A stretch of 63,762 nt of DNA, the filler included, from Folioceros fuciformis (Eukaryota), in assembly GCA_049999805.1 (NCBI GenBank). It is 19 parts of 19 records of this genome, joined end to end, with 100 filler letters (N's around TTAATTAATTAA, not from the genome) between each part and the next. Parts side by side here need not be neighbours in the genome. Positions count along the whole stretch, not along the records: positions 33,552 to 37,111 come from JBNGIO010003916.1; positions 37,212 to 40,273 come from JBNGIO010003917.1; positions 40,374 to 44,154 come from JBNGIO010003918.1; positions 44,255 to 47,087 come from JBNGIO010003919.1; 15 more parts are not named here. The stretch is one strand, 5' to 3'. Position numbers and translations under genes: made by a program. This document shows positions 35,902-47,065 of this stretch, piece after piece (positions within the stretch are counted from its first letter, which is position 1; each line of letters begins with the position of its first letter). The notes beneath the pieces are model-generated. The model was not told where the DNA came from, did no database searches, and worked only from the letters and a program-made list of their open reading frames with translations.

Positions 35902-37211
35902 TAAATGCAGGCTAGAATAGGATTTTTTTAGCGTGCTTTATTTGGACCTAAGTTGCTCAGAATTTAAGAGCGCAGCTCCCCTGCCTAACAGACTTTATGG
36001 TGGAAAAAACGGCCATCACTGTGTACAAGAGGCCGGTTTGGAGGCCTAAGAAATCAGCAAGCACCAGCCGAACAGTCGACCTTGCAGGGACCTAGCGATG
36101 GCCATTGCTGGACAAGAGGTCCAGGCAAGCGAGCGCACGTAGCAACCTGGGGTGCGGGTATAGGTGGTGGGCGATCCGTGATCAGGTCCGGGGACGAATC
36201 GGGAGGAGGAGCCTCGCCGAGTGGGAGAGAAGCTCCCCAGCTATCCTCGAAGTCGTCACGTGGGGTGGTGCGGGTGTCGGAGGCGAATCCGCGAGTTCGG
36301 AGTGGAAGGGACTCCTCTTCCCTTAGCCCCGGTACCTCACCATTCCTCAACGTTAATAGGAGCCCAGGAGGGGCATCGCTGAGAAAGAAGATTGAAGAAC
36401 TGGAGAAAGGAGAGCGCGAGAGTGCGCGTGTGTGAGAAGGAGGAGGAGCGAGTGGCCAAGTAGTGGGTAAGAGCGAATGCGAAAAGGAAGCCAGAAGGAG
36501 TGGAAGCAGGAAGTGAAGCGGTGTGGAAGTGATTCGACGACTGTTAAGACGGGCAGAATGTATACAGAGAACTGGTGAGTGGGGTAAGAGAGAACAAAGC
36601 CGGGGAAACCCTGGAGGCGAGGTGAGTAATGTGGGTGGGGTGCAACGAGACGCGGTGTGTATGTGTGACTGGTCGCAATGAGACTGGAGAGGCTGTGAAG
36701 AAGCTGAATTGAGACCGGAAGGGGTGTATCTAAGGTGTGAGATCATGCGGGTGGAAGGCGTCCAACAGATTGCTGCTGTTCATGTGTGCGTGCGCTTGTT
36801 CCTGAGGTGAGTGAGGCGGTTTTGTGGTGAACCAAGGAAGGGAAGCGCAAAAAGGGATGCGCGGGCAGGAGGGTATCAGTCGGGTAGGAACGACCCTGTG
36901 GGAGAGAGGAAACCCTAGGGAGAGAAAACCCTAGAGAGAGGGAACTGAGAGAGAGAGAGAGAGAGTGGGACCCACGAGCGGTAGACCGTTAGGCGACCGT
37001 CGCCCGAAAGGCGACGGAGGTAGCCCGAAAAGCGACAAAGGTAGTCCAGGGGGAGGTAGTCCCTGGGGCGACTGGGTGGTTGAGGGGTCGTCTGGTGGGA
37101 GAAGTAAGGGGNNNNNNNNNNNNNNNNNNNNNNNNNNNNNNNNNNNNNNNNNNNNTTAATTAATTAANNNNNNNNNNNNNNNNNNNNNNNNNNNNNNNNN
37201 NNNNNNNNNNN

Positions 37212-37589
37212 TAGGGAAGTGTAGAAGGTAGTGGTGTCATTGTTAGTTGCTGGTGTTGGTGCTGGAGTGAGAGAGTGAGTGAAGTGAGTGAGGGAAGTCG
37301 CAGATCTAAGAGGTTAGGGTTGTTGTAGTGACTGGAGTGAGTTTGTGGGCACCGAGAGAGGTGCAGCTGACCGCCGGACAGCGAGGCTTGTCCTACGTTT
37401 GATCGGAGCTGGAGGGGAGCCCTCGAATCCATCATCGAGTCGATCAAGTCCGACCCTCCATCCACAGCAGCAAGGAACCCCATCGCTCCTTCGTGGGAAC
37501 GAAACCCAATGTCTCAACGACAGTGGGATAAGTGTGGCCACTAAAGGTGGAACCCATTGGCAATCAATGCCCGGGGTTTTGCCTCCACA
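37212..37589 (+). mobile_element. Family A LTR 3' end
   Basis: Near-identical to 1112-1489. Confidence 0.8.
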
Positions 37590-37763
37590 AATTGTTCTTC
37601 TCTTCTTCTATCCAATGTGCATTGATGGGAGGTGCGATCCACGTTGGACGCGATGCCATAGCATGCTTCATGCTGCTGAAGTTCAGGAAAGTAATTTCCT
37701 AATAGTAGTCCAAAAAGATCTAATCCTTGAGATGACATAGGGGATCCTGATATTGTCCATGGT

Positions 37764-37775
37764 GCTCTGATACCA
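37764..37775 (-). promoter_or_regulatory. tRNA-iMet primer binding site of an LTR element
   Basis: GCTCTGATACCA is the reverse complement of TGGTATCAGAGC. Confidence 0.65.
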
Positions 37776-37999
37776 TAAAGTGGTATTTAGCAGCAATGCA
37801 CCACCAATCGGGACCTGTACGAGAGCATGAGAGAACGAGAGCAAGAGAGGCATGAAAGATGATTTCCATAAGTGATCAAGAGACTATAAAAGAGTTTTTT
37901 GTGTAACCGTTTTATGACCTAAATAGAAATGTTGTTCTATTCAACTTAAGTTGAATATCCATTGAGTTAGAGTCTATAAACCCTAACGGAACCCCAATA

Positions 38000-38900
38000 G
38001 TAAGATTGCTGGAGAGTTGGGAACATTGCTGGAGAACTGAAGAGAAAATGGCTGAGAAGTTGCTTGAGGAGAAGTGCTGAAGATTGGATTCGAATCCTTG
38101 AGAATTTCTGCGAGATTTCAAAGTGTTTGTGAGCGGTTGTGAGAGCTTGTTGAAGCCCATGAGAGATTGTGAGGGATTGTGAGTAGTGGTGCAGGATTGT
38201 GAGGGATTTGCTAGAAGATTTGGGAGCATTGCAGGAGATTGAGACCCTTGGGGCCAGGCCTGTGAGAATAACTGTGAACCAAAGTTCTTGTGTGTGTTTT
38301 GCATGTGTGTGGAGTGTGCATGAGTGTGTGGGGAGGTGTGGCTGATCCGCAAGGCTTTGTTCCCCAAGGATCAGCACTTGCATGTGTGTGGGGCATTCAA
38401 TAAGCCCAACATCTGTGAGTCTGGAAGTCATGGGCAGAAACCCATGAGTGGAAACCCGCGGCGACGCTTGCGCCGGAAATAATTAGTTAGGGTTTGGGGG
38501 TGGGATCCACCACGGTAGTGGAACCAACTACCGTCGTAGAGACCACTACCGCCGTTCTTAAGAAGGGACCGGGGTAGTAGAAGGGCCGTGGTTGTGGAGT
38601 CCCCTACAAGGTAGTTGAAAGGTTGGTAGTTGTAGAGCCCCCTACCCCGGTAGCTGAGTGAGGCCAAAGTTGTAGAGTAGGGTCTGTGGTAGCTAGGCTA
38701 GCTGAGGGGTAGGGGTAGTTGAACCTGTAGGTAGTGGAGCTGGGGTAGGTAAAGTCCGACCCAGGTAGAAGCTGACTTTTAGAAGAAACCTATGTTACTT
38801 GGCACAAATCATTCCCTTGGCATCAAATCCCAGTGCTATAACGACATAGAGGGTTTGTGTGAACCTCGCAGTACCCCCGGGTACAATATTTTCCCCCACA
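38000..38900 (-). mobile_element. Family B LTR
   Basis: Ends TTCCCCCACA, as at 2081. Homologous to 5409+ and 31708+. Confidence 0.72.
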
Positions 38901-39084
38901 CACACCTGGTGTCTTCTTCGTGTTTGGGAAGGCGACCTCCTCCTCCTATTGGTACTCTCTCCAACATGCAATGTTTCACCCACACTACCTTGTTCCCCAC
39001 CCACAACACGGTTTCCACCTTGTTCAAGTGCTTGTGACTCGCCACAATTTCTGTGGACAGTTGGAGCCCCTCTGTGACATCTTG

Positions 39085-39620
39085 TGTGAACCTCGAAAGT
39101 TTGGGGTAGTGGTTTGTTTTGGTTGAAAATTGGTTAATAGTGGTATGGTTTGGTTTTCTTTTTCTACTTATTTTCCCTAATTTTACTTTATTTTTTGGTC
39201 ATTTTTCCTATTTTTCTTTGTGCTAATTAGGTTAATTGATCAGTAAATAATTGGTTTGGTTATTAGAGTGGGTATAGGTTTGGTCCCAAACCTGGNNNNN
39301 NNNNNNNNNNNNNNNNNNNNNNNNNNNNNNNNNNNNNNNNNNNNNNNNNNNNNNNNNNNNNNNNNNNNNNNNNNNNNNNNNNNNNNNNNNNNNNNAATTG
39401 GTTTGGTTATTAGAGTGGGTATAGGTTTGGTCCCAAACCTGGAAAAGTTTAGGTCTGGTACCAAACCATAGGGTCGGGAAAGTTTGAGTTTAGGTTTGGT
39501 GATTGGTTTAATATTAATTAAATATGGATAGGATTAAATAATATTAAATAATGGAATAATTAAATAATTGTTTGAACCTAGAAGCGGGAAGATGGGATAT
39601 GTCAGGGTGAGATGTCAGGG
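39085..39620 (+). mobile_element. Family A LTR 5' end
   Basis: TGTGAACCTCGAAAGTTTGGGG is the reverse of 9675-10052. Confidence 0.72.
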
Positions 39621-41489
39621 TGGTATGGCTGGCTGACAAGGTTGCATGATTGACTAAAACGGCCATGAGGGCCATGCCATAGCTAGGGCACAACTGCGAC
39701 TGCTCCCATCCCCATTCCTCTCCCTCCCTTCCTTCCTTCTCCCACATTTTTCTTCCCCGCTTCCTTCCCCCTCCCTTCTCAATCTTCCGGTCTTGTTTTC
39801 TCCATTGATTCAGTTGCAGGCAGGAGGACGGATCTCCAAGTGTTGGGATTGGATGTGCGCATAAGAGGAGCATGAGCCAAGCTGAAGGACTTGGTTGCTA
39901 AAGGGCCAGCCCTTGACCTCTTCTTCTCCCTGATTTCTTTCCCAATCCCCCTCCTGCTGTCCATATTTCCTCCCCAATCCACTCCCCAAGCTTATTTCCC
40001 ATCACCGCACCACTCCTGCTGCTATCCCTTCCCTGCACGCTCCCTCCATGCTCCAGCCTCGCTGGCCTTTTCTTCTCCTATTTTCCCTATCCCAATTCTG
40101 GCCATCTACGCCAGATCCGCAGCCCGCGGTGCTAGATCCTGGACCGCCAGCCACTCGCCGCCAATTTCCTGCCAGCGCCCTGCCCAGCTCATCCTCCAAC
40201 CCGCTCCTCACTATTGTTCCCCTTTCCTACTGCCATGTCGTTGCAGAAGTGTATGCTAGCGGCAATTCTCCCCNNNNNNNNNNNNNNNNNNNNNNNNNNN
40301 NNNNNNNNNNNNNNNNNTTAATTAATTAANNNNNNNNNNNNNNNNNNNNNNNNNNNNNNNNNNNNNNNNNNNNTACTCTTGTAGGTATGCATTCAGTTGT
40401 AGACGTCTAGTGTTTATTGGTCATATGTATACAAATTGTAGGCCAAACAACTCGATCAAGGACTAACAAAGTAGCCAAATCGATCAACCTTGCAAATTAT
40501 GAAGGTCGCATAGGAGGCATACATAATTATTAATCATCGACTGCCAACTATGCACAACAAAGTATGCATATAGGCATTGATTATACCAACAATAAGAGGG
40601 GACTTTAAGCTAAGGCTAGTGTAAGATCATGCCACATAAGATGGACTTTTAGAATGTTTTATGGTGGAAGAAACTTGCTTGATACCTAAGCCAAACCAAC
40701 TTGAGTTTGTACGTTGATAACTCTCATATAGATAATATATTATAAATACAGTAACTATCCTGTAACAAGACATAAGTTAGTTAATTAATTAAATAAAAAT
40801 AGTTAGAGACATAAAATATTGAAACATATTTTCATATAATATACTCCATAAAGAAATAGAAATACATGATCTCACTAATAAGGAGATTGATATTAAGGTG
40901 ATTGGGAGGGTCAATCTAAAACGCCTTTCAATCATCAATCTAAAACGCCTTATACAATAAAGGCCACAAAAGGCTGGGAGTGGTTATAGTCATCATTATG
41001 AAGGCTAAACAACAAAAAGGTACAATAGCGCAATGATGAAGTGCAATTAAGCTTTCACGGCACATTATCCCGCAGTTATTGATTTAATGTTAATTGTCTC
41101 TTTATAATACGACCTAGACCTATATAAACCCACCTTCTGGCACNNNNNNNNNNNNNNNNNNNNNNNNNNNNNNNNNNNNNNNNNNNNNNNNNNNNNNNNN
41201 NNNNNNNNNNNNNNNNNNNNNNNNNNNNNNNNNNNNNNNNNNNCCCACCTTCTGGCACACATTTTAGGTTCATAGAGTTTCCCTTCCTCTATGCATTTTG
41301 GTGTGCATTTTTATAGGATTTTTATCCATAATTATTTATATAGTTATGGATAACTTATTTATTTATTTTCTACAATGATGAGATACATTCCTCCTCCTCA
41401 TTTACAATTATCTAGGATCATCTCATCTTCTTTTTTCCTATCTAGACATTCTTTATCCCTTCTTACATAATTGTGTTATTATTGTTATT

Positions 41490-42175
41490 TTTATATCCAT
41501 GAGGATTCTAGCAATTGAAGAAGAGAATACTCGGCTCCAACATAAAGCATGGTGGAAATATCCTCGTCAAATAGCATTATGGAGGGATGTACATATGATA
41601 GCTTGGCATAGGGATGGGGCGAGAGTTCCTGTGATGCTCAATGGCAATTTGTTTACAAAATGTCTTATCCCAATTTCATTTCATTGGTTAGTTTACTACA
41701 ACCTCACATTGTTTTGTCTTCTTAAAGGAACCTTTACAAGTAGATCATGTAGTGGCAACAGTGCTCCATCACCTTGCATGTGGTTTATCACCACATATTA
41801 TTGTTGCTATGTATGGAGTTGGTGCAACTACAATGATGCAATACACTTTATACATTACCGAAGATCATGTGGTGGCAACTGTGCTTCATCGCCTTGCATG
41901 TGATTTGTCACTACATATTATTGTTGATATATTTGGAGGTGGTTGGACTACAATGATGCAATACACTTTATACATTACTGAAGTGTTGTGCAATCCACAG
42001 AAAATATTCTTACATTTCATCACATATCCTTCCCAACACAAGTTATTTCAACCAAGTTCCAAACTCTTATAGGATTACCTAACATGGTGGGTTGTATTGA
42101 TGGATCTCATATCAAGCTAGCTCAATAACCTTACAAGAAAAATAATTGAGGAGCATATTGGTGTCAACATGATGA
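41490..42175 (+). mobile_element. PIF/Harbinger transposase remnant
   Basis: HTH-like 'VVATVLHRLACDLSLHIIVDIFGGGWTT..QY' and DDE_Tnp_4 motif 'GLPNMVGCIDGSHIKL' (42072-42120). Confidence 0.8.
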
Positions 42176-42301
42176 AGGCACGAGCATGCTAGGGGATTAA
42201 GCGGGCGATGAAGGTGATGCTGGCAACGGCCTAGCTTGGGGCCTCAATGGAAGCGATGAGCCCCCCACGAGAGGGGCTCAACAGTTGGCACATGCGCGGC
42301 C

Positions 42302-43085
42302 GTGGTCGGTATGTGTTCTAGTAAACAGAGTGCGAGGAGGCTAAACGCAGAGGGAAAGGACTCTAATCCACCTGACGCTAGCCGGACAAAAGCTAAAGCT
42401 GAAAACAACGCTCAAGTACGAACGTCGGTGGAGGACCGTGTTCATGTACAGGCACAGGCGGGCGCTTCTCAAGCATCTGCATTGGGCTTGGCAAAAGAGA
42501 GGCCAGGCCTTCAGCTGGGCCCCCTAATAGAGTTTCTTACGGAAGTGAGGTATTTTCAACAAGAAGAAGACAATCTCGCTGCCAGATCTGTTGTGGGGCG
42601 GATGTTGTCCGGTGGCCCCCGTTCCGTTGAGGAGCTGGAGAGCTGGGTGACTCAGGTCTCGGGATGCCCGCCAGCATATGTGTTCCTAAAAGCCGATGGT
42701 TCCTTTCAAATCAAGTGTGATGAGGTAGCGGGAGCGCAAGCAATCTTAAACACAACGCTGCCTCTTCGAGATTCCAATCCGGTGCTGGTGGAAGCCTGGT
42801 CCCCGGGGAGCACCATTATGTAGTCGAAAATCAAGAGGCAATTTCTCTGGGTGGGACTCCCTGCTCTTTTGGTGCAGCTCATTCCAATGATACGCAAGAT
42901 CCTGGGACCATAGGCCAAGTGGTGGAGGTTCCCAAGGTGGATTCCCATTTTTTTGATAGCAGCAAGCCCCCGCGTTTTGGCGTGATGGTGGATAGCCTCC
43001 TGAACCTACCTGAAGGTGTCATTGTTCGAGATCCGGAGGACCCAGCTAGGTGTTTTATGCAACTCTTCGACTACACAGCAGGACC
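42302..43085 (+). mobile_element. Probable LINE (L1-type) ORF1 remnant, DUF4283-like
   Basis: 'SVVGRML...ELESWV...GSFQIKC...AQAIL...VLVEAWSP...LWVGLP...IGQVVEV...PRFGVMVD' follows the plant LINE ORF1 pattern. Confidence 0.55.
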
Positions 43086-43772
43086 TCACCGTAGAATCAT
43101 GCAGTGAGAATCTAAATGCCGGGGATTCGCCTGCAGAAGTCTGTCAGAAACACTATTGCAAAAGAATGACGCAATCAGCACAGAGTGAGACGTGACAGAT
43201 CTGAGCGCTACCATCAGAATGCTCATGTAACTCCTGTAACCAGAGATGCCGCGGCGCAACACATTCCATAGAAGATCGCGGGCTGAAGATGACGACGCTT
43301 ATCTCCAATCATTTTTCTCAAGCCTAGGATCAAGTTGTAGAAGCTCACGAGAACATGCACGCAACAATCACATTCAGCACAAGTGGATTCGCAATTATCC
43401 TGAGCACATGTTTCCTTGCGGTCATAGGATATATGAGCATATAACCTTGTTCGAGCATACTGTGGAGAGAATATTCATAAGACTCCAAATAATAGTAGAT
43501 GCCGTCCTAAATTTTGACGCATCTGCACAATGTGATGTAAAATCACAAAAGTATGAAGTGGGGGCAAAGGAATGCCTATCCACATATCAGCTTCTGACGA
43601 CAAATTAAGTAACGTAGGGCAACGTGGTCGCTCACCTGGACCCGGACATCAACCGGGACAAAGGCACAGATCCGACTCTCCGACCTCCAGCAGTTTGAGG
43701 CAGTGGTTTCAGGGCAACGTCCCGAATTGGCTGCAGCAGACCTCTTCATATCAAAGGAGAAATCCAGCGCAA

Positions 43773-44154
43773 ATGGCCAACGCCATGAAACTGGACTTTA
43801 AGGATAAGGATCGCTTCTCAGGATCCAACTACGACTTCTAGGCACACAGAGTCAAGACGTTGCTCCAAATAGAAGAACTGTGGGACATTGTTGATGGTAC
43901 TGTGGCACATCCAGATGCAAACGCACCTGCAGCAGACATAACTGTGTGGGTTAAGAAAGATCTAAGAGCACGAACAATATTGGAGCTTACCATCGACAAC
44001 ACGATGATTCATCACATCGAAGATGCCACCACAGCTCATCTTGCATGGACTGCGTTATCGCAGATGTTCGCCACAACTAACCAGTCCTCGCTGGTTCATG
44101 CCACGCTTTCTTTCTGGAACTGTAAAATGAGAGAGTCAGAGAGTGTGGAGGAAC
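43773..44154 (+). mobile_element. Ty1/copia gag fragment
   Basis: 'DRFSGSNYDF*AHRVKTLLQIEELWDIVDG...WVKKDLRARTILEL...AWTALSQMF...KMRESESVEE'. Confidence 0.88.
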
Positions 44155-45086
44155 NNNNNNNNNNNNNNNNNNNNNNNNNNNNNNNNNNNNNNNNNNNNTT
44201 AATTAATTAANNNNNNNNNNNNNNNNNNNNNNNNNNNNNNNNNNNNNNNNNNNNCTAGGACAACTACCTAATCTATAGTCAGATTATTAGTGGCATTCAT
44301 ATATAACTCAGAATGTTTAAAAAGGAATTCTATCAACACAAAAATTTGGGCAAATGAATGGTCGATCGAGTTTATGGCTGGCATCGCCTTGCTGAGTGGA
44401 TTCAGCATCAGAATCGTCACAAGGGGCTAGAAGTCGTTGCACAGGCATCATGGAATGCTGTAGCAGAATGACCCCACAAAGAAACCATAATCAGAGAGGT
44501 TTCCTAACTTCTCATTTTTCTCAATCACCTATTGTTGACAAATTGATTAACATGATTGAGGCACACCAGCAACAAGTTGACAGACGCTTCGTCAGTATCT
44601 CACAAAGAATAACTGCAGTGATTGTTGACTTGCATGATCTTATTGAAAAGATAGATCATTTGGACTTTAAATTAGTAATCTTGTTGAAGCCTACCTTGCT
44701 TGTTAATCCTGCATTTAGAGGAGCAGCCTGTAAGCACGCTAAGAAAACAAGTAGAGCTCATACGTTTAACAGTCCAAATTGGTGTCTCTCCTGTGCAATA
44801 TATTCGTACAACACGTTGAAGATTAGAAACTAGAGAATTGGGAACGTTGCACAGCATCAGGGGTTAACAAACATACCTATAGATGACAGGTTGCCTAACC
44901 TTGTTACTAACATTGTATGACTTTGTTGTTGAAGATACATGTGCCTGAGGTTCAGATAAACAAACCTACAAAGGTCAGTCATTTTTAGCATCTTAGTGTT
45001 TTGGGAGTAGCTAACCCAGAATACAAAAGAGGAAAAATGGTTGATCCCTAGTTGGAATATAAGGCAGACCACGTGGTTTGGTATTA

Positions 45087-45424
45087 TGTTGGTTAGCCTA
45101 ACTAGACATAGTTATAAGTGTAGTTAGTTAACTGGCAGGTTAGTCAAAGGGCTCACCTCTTCGTAAACTACTACTTAAGGCCCACCTTTGTATCCACCTA
45201 ATTAATTTGCTAATAGATCATTTTCAATGCATCAGCTTCTGCGTTAGCAATTCTAACTTGGTATCAGAGCCACGGCTCAGATAGCCTATGATTATTATGC
45301 CTAGAAGATTGCTTGCCCTAGAATGTCTAGGTAGCGCAATTCTAACTTGGTATCAAAGCCACGGCTCAGATGGCCTATGTTTATTATGCCTAGAAGATTG
45401 CTTGCCCTAGAATGTCTAGGTAGC
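45087..45424 (+). mobile_element. Short LTR plus PBS (45259-45270), with an 89-bp tandem duplication containing a second PBS (45348-45359)
   Basis: TGTTGG start; TGGTATCAGAGC and TGGTATCAAAGC in consecutive 89-bp units. Confidence 0.65.
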
Positions 45425-46819
45425 ATAGTGTCTTGGCTATGAATATGCCTATAAAAAAAAATCTTTTTAGAGAAAAGAATTAAAAAAAAAACCTTAACAC
45501 ATGGGTTGGTCCCCCATCTTGGTACTGATCGAAGACCAGGGCTCTTAACACTGGCGTTTTGATAGAAATCAAGCTACCAACCCCCTGTCAACTTCTTACG
45601 ATTGCAGTATGCTTTCGTGCAAATATGAACCAACAGAAGCCTGTATGATTCTTCAAAATAAAGGGAAAGGCATTCTGCCTCTCCCTTGCAGTTCGTCGCG
45701 CGCGACATTCTTGCACGATCATGGCCAGAAGACAGCGCCAGATAGATCGATCTCCCTGTCTTCTTCATGCACGATTGCCTAGGCCAACTCGCCTTGGATC
45801 AACTCCAATTCCTGCCCATCNNNNNNNNNNNNNNNNNNNNNNNNNNNNNNNNNNNNNNNNNNNNNNNNNNNNNNNNNNNNNNNNNNNNNNNNNNNNNNNN
45901 NNNNNNNNNNNNNNNNNNNNAGGACGAGGATCTGTGAGGATTTGTCCAGATTGTGGTGGATTTGCTTCTGCCCAGGTGCACGGGCAAATTGGAAAGCCAG
46001 GAGCTCAATTTAGCTTGATTACTGTGCAGGAGGAAGGCATTTTTTGGGGCGCACCAAAGCCATACCACCATCGCGATCGAGCGAGGCTGCAGGCACTCAG
46101 CGAGAAGCGTGCTGCCGCCATCACGGTTGCGGTGGAGCGCTTTGCCCACGGTGCTCACTGGTGTGCGTCCCCCGAATCGGTGCGACACCGCCGAAACGAC
46201 ATTTTAACTCGTCGTTTTGTGGAGGTGGGTTTGTTTTATCCACGAACCAGTGTGAATGCGGCTAATTTTGGCATCAGTTCCAAACCGGTTCCATTTTGTG
46301 CCTCTTCACGCTTGTTGGCACCTCTTCATGGTGACTTTCCGGCACAACAAGGACTTACCACTGTTTTTCCTACGGCTTCGACTTGAGAAGGACTCAACCT
46401 TGCATCCGTGAAGATCGAGGCCGATTCTTTGCCTCCTCCTCATCATGGTTTGGGCAATGTGGGTGCATCCTCAGCGAAAATCCATTGAAGAAATTTATGC
46501 TTCGTCTGGTGACTCTCTTGGTTCAATCGATCCACCAACACGGCCCTCCAGACTTCTTGCTCTCTGGCAATCAGTGGCCAACGAAGATCTTATCCACCTG
46601 GCAACCCAAATTCAAGAATTTCAAGGGAGTGTTAGTTCTGAGAGCGCTGAAGTCACCGAGCCTCCTCCTCCTCTCCTTTAGATCACTTGAAGCAAGGGAG
46701 GAAATAACTATGGTGGGTGGATTCTAAAAGACGAAGGGTAATACTTTTCTTACATAATTTTTTGTGATTATTCTTTCACTCGTACTCTCGCCAATCAACC
46801 TCCTAATAGCCTCTCTCTG

Positions 46820-47065
46820 ACCTAAGCCACACCTAACTCTAACCCACACCCAGTTCTAACCTAAACCTAACTTAAGTCTAACCTAAACCTAAGCCAAGTC
46901 TAACCTAAACCTAAACAGACCTAACATATTCAGACCTAGTTCTCACCCCAACCTAACCCAAGCCTAACTCTAACCTAAGCCAAGTCTGACCTAAACCTAA
47001 ACAGACCTAACATAGCCAGACCTAGTTCTCACCCCAACCTAACCCAAGCCTAACTCTAACCTACC
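46820..47065. repeat. Degenerate CCTAA/CTAAAC-rich tandem repeats
   Basis: Repeated CTAACCTAAACCTAA units with a higher-order duplication. Confidence 0.7.

Noticed and set aside
45560-46730. Possible gene in ORFs 45721-46386 and 46383-46727
   Set aside because: No recognisable domain in any frame I translated, and the region is interrupted by a gap.
46820-47065. Telomere array
   Set aside because: Not a regular (CCCTAAA)n array; degenerate and more like TE subterminal repeats.
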